Source: a virus
Virus record (IMG/VR): IMGVR_UViG_3300050343_000117
Span: 73,472 to 137,471 of that record
Strand: one strand, 5' to 3'
DNA: 64,000 nt
Both the position numbers and the translations under genes were made by a program. The stretch's first letter is position 1. Each line of letters begins with the position of its first letter. Positions 1-7,641 of this stretch are shown piece after piece. Under the pieces are notes generated by a model, which was given only the letters and a program-made list of their open reading frames with translations, did not search any database and had not been told where the DNA came from.

Positions 1-684
1 TGGACCCGTTTCAGGTTGTGTGATTGCCCAGTTCAGGGCGTTGTAATAATTCCACCTCAAGTCGTCATCAAAGATACCAACTTTGAGGTCCTTATATTTC
101 TCTTCTTTCTCGACTAACCACCAGAGAGAAAATTGGTCCCAAGATTTGAGACTATCTACATACCCTTCCGGCCACCAAGAATCATTCATCTGTCTGAATG
201 TTAAGTCCCACCAGTCATCCATAAATTCACGAACAATTGGTTTAGACATATCATATAAACAAACACCACCGCATAGTGTGAACTTAGATTTACCTTCTGG
301 CGTATCAAAGTCTCTTTCTGCGTAAATATAATCACGATCATCTGTCAATGCTGAGAAGACCAAATCATGGTCTTTCATTTCATCCCAAACCTTGACGATG
401 TCTTCGTGCTCACATTCCATATCAGCATCAATGTACATTGTCAAGTCATACGGAGATTTTGCCATCCCCCATAACTTAGCGCGATAGTGGTCGTCACAAA
501 ACATAATATCATCTGCAACATCTCTACCACGATCATCAAGAAATCTTTCTTCTGTTACCAAACAAATCTTACATTCCTCTTCAGGTTCATAATAATCCCG
601 AATAGACTCTGCAAGATTGATTGCGTACAAATAAAAGTTGCGTTTCTTGGACGCAACAATTATGAATCCTTTAGTCTTTTCCAT
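1..684 (-). CDS. GT-A fold glycosyltransferase, runs off the window edge
   Basis: Not in ORF track; translated by hand from ATG at 684: MEKTKGFIIVASKK...AKLWGMAKSPYDLTMYIDADMEC...CGGVCLY...WDQFSLW; DxD and DQ motifs. Confidence 0.75.
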   Translation of the reverse strand, partial: MEKTKGFIIVASKKRNFYLYAINLAESIRDYYEPEEECKICLVTEERFLDDRGRDVADDIMFCDDHYRAKLWGMAKSPYDLTMYIDADMECEHEDIVKVWDEMKDHDLVFSALTDDRDYIYAERDFDTPEGKSKFTLCGGVCLYDMSKPIVREFMDDWWDLTFRQMNDSWWPEGYVDSLKSWDQFSLWWLVEKEEKYKDLKVGIFDDDLRWNYYNALNWAITQPETGP

Positions 685-1132
685 TAGTCTCGGCCTCTAG
701 TTGGTCTTGTAAAATCATAATTGAGTACATATCGACTTCAATCTTAGACTTTGCACGACGCAATTTTGCCTTCAACTTACGGTTCTTAGAGTTCTTAATC
801 TCTTCGACTTCGAACGCTTCCATCTTATAATTGAAGAGTTTTTCTAGTTTACGTGCCTTGTTATGTTCTTCGTCACGCATCTTCTCTTCTTCTGCTTCTG
901 CCTTCTTTCGTTCAACACGGTCAACAGTTTCCTTGTCAATCGAATCTTCACCTAGGGCATCAACAACTTCATTAAACAGTTCGTTCTCACTACCATCCTT
1001 ATCATGACGGTGTAAAAACATTTGTTGTCGTGTGACACGACCCATATCATCTTCAAGTTCTAGAATACAGTTTAGTTCTTTCTTTTCTTCCGTTTCCCAG
1101 AACGCATTATCCATCCATTGTTTACGACTCAT
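671..1132 (-). CDS. hypothetical charged helical protein
   Basis: 153-aa ORF with GGAG RBS, overlaps start of the next gene. Confidence 0.7.
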   Translation of the reverse strand: MSRKQWMDNAFWETEEKKELNCILELEDDMGRVTRQQMFLHRHDKDGSENELFNEVVDALGEDSIDKETVDRVERKKAEAEEEKMRDEEHNKARKLEKLFNYKMEAFEVEEIKNSKNRKLKAKLRRAKSKIEVDMYSIMILQDQLEAETNGKD

Positions 1133-1184
1133 TAAATATCTCCAGAGAGTTCAATTCAAATTATAATGTATATAGTGTTGAGAT

Positions 1185-1210
1185 AAAGCGGGTCAAATGA
1201 ATGACCCGCC
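1185..1210 (-). terminator. hairpin, probable terminator after the giant fibre gene
   Basis: GCGGGTCA-6 nt-TGACCCGC followed by a short T run on the minus strand. Confidence 0.5.
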
Positions 1211-1241
1211 TTGTTCTCATATTATACCATACTTAGGTTGA

Positions 1242-4200
1242 TTATGCAACCCTACAGTATAGAGTATAAGTTTCTGGTGTATGTACTAGAGTGTCGCTAA
1301 TCGTTGCACCAACATAGTTACCTAGGAAGGAACGTGAGTAGTTGCCACCGAAGTTACGTGAGTAATCACCTGTAAACGTACGTGAGTAGTTACCAGTGAA
1401 GTCACCTACGTATGTAGATACACGATCACGTGAGTAAGTACCTGAGTATGCAGAACTACGGATTCTTGCGTAAGCAGAAACCCTTACACGTGAGTAGTTA
1501 CCTACGAAGTCGCGTGAGTAGTTACCTACGAAGTCACCAACAAAATCACGGGCATATGTACCAGTGTATTCACCAGCATATGCTCTTGAGTAGTTACCAG
1601 TGAAGTCACCAGCAAAGTCACGAGTGTACTGACCGGAGAAATCACGTGAGTAGTTACCTGTGAATGTGTTAGAGTAAGTACCAGTGTACTCACCAACGAA
1701 TCCACGAGCGTAGTTTCCTACGTAGTTTCCACCGAAGTTACGTGAGTAAGTTCCGGAGTAAGCGCCAGTGTACTCACCAACGAATCCACGTGAGTAAGTT
1801 CCAGCATATTCACCAGTGAAAGTACGTGCATAGTTTCCTACGTAGTTTCCACCAAACTGTCGAGTGTAATTACCAACATAGTTACCAGTAAAGTCACCAA
1901 CATAATCCCCAACAAAGTTACCCGCATAGTTACGAGAGTATTGTCCGGAGAATGTGCGTGAGTAGTTACCTGTAAAGTCACCAGCAAAGTTAGTTACACG
2001 ATCACGAGTGTATGCAGATGAACGGTTACGTGTGTAAACCGAAACACGAGTCCTTACATATGCAGAGTAACGAGTACGCGTTGAAGTACGAGTGTACTCA
2101 CCAGTATAGTTACCAGCGTAATCGCCAGCGTATCCACGAGCGTAGTTGCCTACGAAGTCACCAGCATACCCACGTGCGTAGTTACCCACGAAGTTACCAG
2201 CGAAGTTAGTTACGCGATCTCTTGTGAAGTCACCAATATAGTTAGTCACACGTGTACGAGCGTAAGCAGAACCACGGTTACGAGTCGAAGTACGTGTTGA
2301 AGTACGAGTAAAGTCGCCAACATAGTTAGTGATACGAGTACGAGCATATGCAGAGTAACGAACGCGAGTAGAAGTTCGAGTTGAAGTTCTTGCGTAGTTA
2401 CCTACGAAGTTACCAGCAAAGTTAGTTACACGGTTACGAGTAAAGTCGCCAACATAGTTAGTGATACGAGTACGAGCGTAAGCAGAGTAACGAGTACGTG
2501 TTGAAGTACGAGTACTAGTTCTTGCGTAGTTACCAACATAATCACCGGCATAACCTAGAGTACGTGTGTAGTCACCTACGTAATCACCAGCATAGTAACC
2601 AGTACGAGTGTAGTAACCAGTCTCAGTACGAGTACGAGTACTAGTTCTTGCGTAGTTACCAGTATAGTGACCAGTGCGTGTACGACCATAGTTACCAGTG
2701 TAAGCACCAGTACGTGTACGAGAGTAATCTCCGGCATATGAGAACGCACGGTTACGTGAGTAATCTCCAGCAAAGTTACCTGTAAAGTTAGTTACACGAT
2801 CACGTGAGTAGTTACCCGCATAAGATGCGTTACGTGTACGAGAGTAGTTTCCTACGAAATCACCGGCATAAGATGCAGCACGGTTACGTGAGTAATCTCC
2901 AGCATAAGATGCATTACGTGTACGTCCGTAGTTACCTACAAAGTTTCCGGTATAGTTAGTAGCACGAGTACGACCATAGTTACCAGTATATGTTACGCCA
3001 CGAGTGTAGTTACCAGTATAGTAGAATGTTGAATTACGAGTACGTGTGTAGTTACCCGCGAAACTGGTTGTTCTGGAATATGTCAAGTTACCTACGAAGT
3101 TACCAGCGAAGTTACCAGCATAAGATGAACCACCCGATTGGTAAGTAACACCATAATGTGATACGAATCCATTCGTGTTTCTCCAAACAGCACGATAATA
3201 TGTTACACCGCCAGCAGTCAGAGATGTTCCGTTTCCTGTCATGCTTCCAACTATAGATCCATTAACATAAACGGTAACAAAATTGATTCCACCTTCATTA
3301 TCCGAACGCCAACCTGTAGTTAACGACCAGTTATTTCCGGAATATGCGTTGGTTACGGTACCACCAGCACCAGTAGAAGTACGTGTGGAAGTACGCGTTG
3401 ATGTTACTGTACGAGTATAGTTTGAAGTTGCTACACTGTTACGAGTATAGTTACCAACATATCCCGTTCCGTTAACAGAGGTTCTAGTATAGTCAAGTGT
3501 TGCAGCACGTCCTCTAGAGTAATCACCAACAAAGTTACCTGTGAAGTTGGTTGCACGAGTACGTGAGTAGTTACCCGCATAAGATGCGGCACGAGTACGT
3601 CCATAGTTACCAGTATATGTTGCATTACGTGTACGTGTTGATGTACGAGCATAGTTACCGACATAAGATGCGGCACGAGTACGTCCATAGTTACCTACGA
3701 AGTTGCCTGCGTAGTTAGTAGCACGAGTACGACCATAGTTACCAGTATAGTGACCAGTACGTGTACGTCCGTAGTTACCGACATATGAGAATGCACGGTT
3801 ACGAGAGTAATCACCAGCGTATGAGAACGCACGGTTACGAGAGTAGTCACCTACGTAGTTTCCAGCATAGTACAATGTACGAGTATATGCTAGTGTACGT
3901 GTTGATGTACGTGTTGAAGTACGTGTATAGTTGTATGTTTGGTAGCGAGTACGTGTTGAAGTTCTTGCGTAATTTCCCACATAATCGCCAGCATAGTTAC
4001 CAGCATATCCACGAGCATAGTTACCAACAAAATCACCTGTGAACGTTGTTGCATAGTTACCAACAAAATCACCAGCAAAGTTAGTTACACGATCACGTGA
4101 ATAGTTACCTACGTAATCACCAGCATAGTTACCAGCGTATCCACGTGCGTAGTTACCAACAAAGTCGCCAGTAAATGTGGTTGCATAGTTACCTACGTAA

Positions 4201-5984
4201 TCACCGGCATAGTTACCAGCAAAGTTACGTGCATAGTTTCCTACGAAGTTACCAACGAAGTCACGAGCATAGTTTCCTACGAAGTTACCGGCAAAGTTAG
4301 TGACACGGTCACGTGTATATGCAGAGTAGCGAGTACGAGTTGACGTACGAGCATATGCTGAATAACGTGTACGAGTAGATGTACGAGTAGAAACGCGAGC
4401 GTAGTTACCAACATAATCACCTGCATAACCACGGGAATAGTTACCTACGAATCCACGTGAGTAGTTACCCACGAATCCACGAGCATAGTTTCCTACGAAG
4501 TTACCGGCAAAGTTAGTGACTCGATTGCGTGTGTAAGTAGAAACACGTGCACGAGAGTAAACGCCTGCAAAGTTAGTTACACGGTCACGTGTATAATTGG
4601 TAATACGAGTACGGGTGTAATCAGCAGAGTATGCTGAAGTACGAGTACGAGTATAAGTCCCTGCGTAAGCAGATACACGGTTGCGTGAATAGGTACCGGC
4701 ATATGCAGATACACGGTTACGAGAATAAGTTCCAGCGTAAGTTCCAGTGTATGTTGATACGCGTGTACGAGTGTAGTCTGCTGAGTAAGAAGAACTACGT
4801 GTACGTGAGTAAGTACCTGAGTAAGTTGAAACACGACCACGAGTATATGCAGATGTGCGAGTACGTGAGAATGTTCCGGTAAATGGTGTGACGCGGTTTC
4901 GAACATATGTAGAAACACGTGAACGGTTGTAAGTACCGGCAAAGTATCCAGTAAATGCAGTTAGTCTATTACGTGTATATGAAGATACGCGTGTTCTTGC
5001 ATAATTACCTACGTAATCACGTGAATAATTACCTACGAAGTCACGGGAATATGCACCAGTGTAGTTACCAACAAACGTACGTGCAAATGTGTCCACACTG
5101 TTACGTGTGTAAGTAGAAACACGGTCACGTGAGTATGCAGAAACCCTAGTACGAGTGTAAGCTGAGTTACGTGTACGAGAGTATGCAACGTCGACAATAG
5201 TACGACGGGTGTTAGAGGCAGAACCTCGTGGTACCCATGTACCTGCCAAAGATGGTGCGCCTTGTGCAGATGAACGCAACTGGTATGAACCAATCGCACC
5301 TGCTGTAGATCGAAGTGATTTAGCACGTTGACCAAGTGTGTACTTGATTTCCGCGTCGGTCATAGACTTCAGACCATTGAATGATGTACCATCATAATCT
5401 GTTGCGACTGGACGTGTAGTAACTACACCAGCTGGTGGAGTTGCAAGTGCAGTTCGTTTCCAGATATGATATTGAGTTGTTGTACCATCACCATGTGTAT
5501 CGGCAAACACATTCTCGATGTGCTTAGTCCAATCACTACCTGGCGAGGTAGTTGAAAGTTCGAATGCACCTTGAAGACCTAGAGTCTCCATGTTTTTTAG
5601 TGCACGGTTTGTCAGATTATCCAAATCCCCATCTACCATTTCGTAGAAGCCAGGATTTGCGTTATCTGCGTAATAACCGACAGGACGGGCAAAATCAGAA
5701 CCAGATTCACTCGCGGAACCAGCAACCTGTTTCAAGGTTGTAGTTACACTTGTGCCAGTGATAGCAGACATTGGGTGTGTACCCGCTGGTTCATTGTAGT
5801 ACGTATCTACAAAAGAACCGATGTTTGTACCATTGGTTAGACTGATGTCACCGACATCACCAGCGGAGGCCTCCGCTAATGCTTCACCCACTTTTACAGC
5901 AAGATACATCTCTTCTGCTGGAGTGAATTCCTGTAGGTCACCATCGGTATTTTTAATTTTTAGTGGTATACTAGATGCTGACAC
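1242..5984 (-). CDS. giant tetrapeptide-repeat virion fibre with collar-like base, mirror-paired arms and central tip domain
   Basis: 1580-aa intact ORF; aa 268-873 and 955-1560 are (Y/F)xGx, (Y/F)xRx, RxSx/RxTN and STRT units; gp10-C/collar-like motifs GTW and YHIWKRTA / YTLYCRVA; own late promoter. Confidence 0.8.
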   Translation of the reverse strand: MSASSIPLKIKNTDGDLQEFTPAEEMYLAVKVGEALAEASAGDVGDISLTNGTNIGSFVDTYYNEPAGTHPMSAITGTSVTTTLKQVAGSASESGSDFARPVGYYADNANPGFYEMVDGDLDNLTNRALKNMETLGLQGAFELSTTSPGSDWTKHIENVFADTHGDGTTTQYHIWKRTALATPPAGVVTTRPVATDYDGTSFNGLKSMTDAEIKYTLGQRAKSLRSTAGAIGSYQLRSSAQGAPSLAGTWVPRGSASNTRRTIVDVAYSRTRNSAYTRTRVSAYSRDRVSTYTRNSVDTFARTFVGNYTGAYSRDFVGNYSRDYVGNYARTRVSSYTRNRLTAFTGYFAGTYNRSRVSTYVRNRVTPFTGTFSRTRTSAYTRGRVSTYSGTYSRTRSSSYSADYTRTRVSTYTGTYAGTYSRNRVSAYAGTYSRNRVSAYAGTYTRTRTSAYSADYTRTRITNYTRDRVTNFAGVYSRARVSTYTRNRVTNFAGNFVGNYARGFVGNYSRGFVGNYSRGYAGDYVGNYARVSTRTSTRTRYSAYARTSTRTRYSAYTRDRVTNFAGNFVGNYARDFVGNFVGNYARNFAGNYAGDYVGNYATTFTGDFVGNYARGYAGNYAGDYVGNYSRDRVTNFAGDFVGNYATTFTGDFVGNYARGYAGNYAGDYVGNYARTSTRTRYQTYNYTRTSTRTSTRTLAYTRTLYYAGNYVGDYSRNRAFSYAGDYSRNRAFSYVGNYGRTRTGHYTGNYGRTRATNYAGNFVGNYGRTRAASYVGNYARTSTRTRNATYTGNYGRTRAASYAGNYSRTRATNFTGNFVGDYSRGRAATLDYTRTSVNGTGYVGNYTRNSVATSNYTRTVTSTRTSTRTSTGAGGTVTNAYSGNNWSLTTGWRSDNEGGINFVTVYVNGSIVGSMTGNGTSLTAGGVTYYRAVWRNTNGFVSHYGVTYQSGGSSYAGNFAGNFVGNLTYSRTTSFAGNYTRTRNSTFYYTGNYTRGVTYTGNYGRTRATNYTGNFVGNYGRTRNASYAGDYSRNRAASYAGDFVGNYSRTRNASYAGNYSRDRVTNFTGNFAGDYSRNRAFSYAGDYSRTRTGAYTGNYGRTRTGHYTGNYARTSTRTRTETGYYTRTGYYAGDYVGDYTRTLGYAGDYVGNYARTSTRTSTRTRYSAYARTRITNYVGDFTRNRVTNFAGNFVGNYARTSTRTSTRVRYSAYARTRITNYVGDFTRTSTRTSTRNRGSAYARTRVTNYIGDFTRDRVTNFAGNFVGNYARGYAGDFVGNYARGYAGDYAGNYTGEYTRTSTRTRYSAYVRTRVSVYTRNRSSAYTRDRVTNFAGDFTGNYSRTFSGQYSRNYAGNFVGDYVGDFTGNYVGNYTRQFGGNYVGNYARTFTGEYAGTYSRGFVGEYTGAYSGTYSRNFGGNYVGNYARGFVGEYTGTYSNTFTGNYSRDFSGQYTRDFAGDFTGNYSRAYAGEYTGTYARDFVGDFVGNYSRDFVGNYSRVRVSAYARIRSSAYSGTYSRDRVSTYVGDFTGNYSRTFTGDYSRNFGGNYSRSFLGNYVGATISDTLVHTPETYTLYCRVA
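1305..5183 (-). repeat. 12-bp-periodic coding repeat region (two arms, 1305-3122 and 3366-5183)
   Basis: Recurrent gtagttacc, acgtgagta and gtacgagta words; about 148 tetrapeptide units per arm by hand count. Confidence 0.9.
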
Positions 5985-6036
5985 GATATCGTCTCTCTTT
6001 AGCTAAAGTTAAAGTTTATTGGTTAATGACGTAGTA

Positions 6037-6044
6037 TATTTATA
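6037..6044 (-). promoter_or_regulatory. T4-type late promoter
   Basis: TATAAATA about 55 nt upstream of the 1580-aa gene. Confidence 0.75.
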
Positions 6045-6150
6045 ACAAAAAAAATGTGCATAAACGGAGTCTAGGCACATTTCTTAAAAAATATTTACTT
6101 TACTTATAAGATTCTCATTATACACTATAATTTAAAAAATGCAAGTAAAA

Positions 6151-6591
6151 TTATTGTGGAGTTTCTGGCCAGTTGACCTGATCAATATTTGACATATTCG
6201 GATCAATAAAGTCTAAGTCCCTTAATTCCTGACGATACCCCGCCCACGCATTCTTCATATCAGTAGATAGTGGAGAGTCTGAGAGCTGAGTCCAGTCAGT
6301 GCTCGCTATCATGCGATTTCTCATAAATCTGACTTCATTCATTAGATCTTCTTGATCCCAGACCCATTCTCCATCTACCCAAGAAGAATGTCTATTTGGA
6401 GAAGATTCTCTTTCTTTCCAGTTACCATCCCAGTAATGGGTCTGTATAAACTCAGCTTTATCTGAGATTACAAAATCAATATGGACAATTGTTGTTCCAT
6501 CTTCTCTTAAACCTTCAGGTTCATTAGAACCAGATGCTAACTTTAATGTTTGTATTTCATTATTTCTAATGTATGCGATATAATAAATCAT
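6151..6591 (-). CDS. tail fibre assembly chaperone (Phage_tail_APC-like)
   Basis: C-terminal VRFMRNRMIASTDWTQLSDSPL...WAGYRQELRDL...VNWPETP. Confidence 0.85.
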   Translation of the reverse strand: MIYYIAYIRNNEIQTLKLASGSNEPEGLREDGTTIVHIDFVISDKAEFIQTHYWDGNWKERESSPNRHSSWVDGEWVWDQEDLMNEVRFMRNRMIASTDWTQLSDSPLSTDMKNAWAGYRQELRDLDFIDPNMSNIDQVNWPETPQ

Positions 6592-6604
6592 TTATTTTCT
6601 CTTT

Positions 6605-7351
6605 TTAAATTAATTCTGCCGAAAGAATCATTCCTGTAATTGAATTGCCCCAGGTTTCGCTACTTGTAGTAGAACTACCCCCACCAAAGGGTCCTTCATC
6701 ACCACCACCACCAAAACCACTTCCGGCAAGACTGTAGTAATTGATTGCGTATGGAGCTCCACTAAACATCAATCCTATTAATGAGGTATCTCCGCCATCT
6801 GGTCCTCCGAAACTGCTTAAAGTTCCACTTGTCCAGTTCGATATTTCCCAATAGTCAGAGTTGCTACCTAAGCTAATACCTCCATTTGTTGTAGACCAAG
6901 CATCTACACTTCGTGGCTCATGATATTCCGTAATTTGAAAATGCTGACCTAATTTTATAGATCGACTATCAAATTGTATTGTATTATCTTCGTTATACAC
7001 AGTCAAACCATAATCATCGGTAGATGATACCTTACTGGAGTGTTTTACTACAAAATAATCTAGAGTTACTGCTGTTGCATTAGCAAAAGATGAATCTCCA
7101 CTGTTATTGAAAGTTCCAACTCTTCCGTAAAACTGGGCATTAAACCCCGCACCCATAAAAATTACTGTATTAGCAAAACTACTTGCTTGATTCGAAGGAA
7201 TTTTTACAAAAAGAAAATCATCACTGGCTACAGTAGTACTAGGACTAGTACCAGTTCCAATTTCTGTAATAATATAACTATTCATTTTGCGAGAAGAATC
7301 AAACATTAACCCGCCATTATCATTATATACTGTAAGACCGTATTCGCTCAT
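6605..7351 (-). CDS. putative fibre tip/adhesin protein
   Basis: Two YGLTVYNxxxxxxFDS repeats, Gly/Ser-rich C-terminal loops, tail context. Confidence 0.55.
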   Translation of the reverse strand: MSEYGLTVYNDNGGLMFDSSRKMNSYIITEIGTGTSPSTTVASDDFLFVKIPSNQASSFANTVIFMGAGFNAQFYGRVGTFNNSGDSSFANATAVTLDYFVVKHSSKVSSTDDYGLTVYNEDNTIQFDSRSIKLGQHFQITEYHEPRSVDAWSTTNGGISLGSNSDYWEISNWTSGTLSSFGGPDGGDTSLIGLMFSGAPYAINYYSLAGSGFGGGGDEGPFGGGSSTTSSETWGNSITGMILSAELI

Positions 7352-7641
7352 TATTGAAACCTAAATATTTTTGCAGAAAATGATTGAGATCCGCCACTTG
7401 TATTACTAATTACAATTCTATCATTAGTCGTATCTCTAGATACTGTAATGAAATTATTTGCTGACAAATGAATTCCTATAAGTGCTGGATTTCCAGCACC
7501 ACTTGTTTGGATATTATATGTGCCTCCAGCAGATAGTGCCTGATCAGTCAATTCAAAATCATACTCTTCATTGAATACATTATTAGCATTTGTAATGACG
7601 CCACCATTAACACCGTCTGAAATATATAGTCCATAACTCAT
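7351..7641 (-). CDS. small fibre-associated protein
   Basis: 96 aa, starts MSYGLYI like its neighbour, translationally coupled to both neighbours. Confidence 0.55.
   Translation of the reverse strand: MSYGLYISDGVNGGVITNANNVFNEEYDFELTDQALSAGGTYNIQTSGAGNPALIGIHLSANNFITVSRDTTNDRIVISNTSGGSQSFSAKIFRFQ

Noticed and set aside
1305-5183. DNA-level inverted repeat or CRISPR-like array explaining the arm symmetry
   Set aside because: The arms share direct, not reverse-complement, DNA words and there are no fixed repeat-spacer units; the symmetry is at the protein level
2012-5335. Alternative-frame and antisense ORFs within the giant repeat gene
   Set aside because: Shadows of 12-bp periodic codons (V/L/H/T-rich), with no RBS or independent signal
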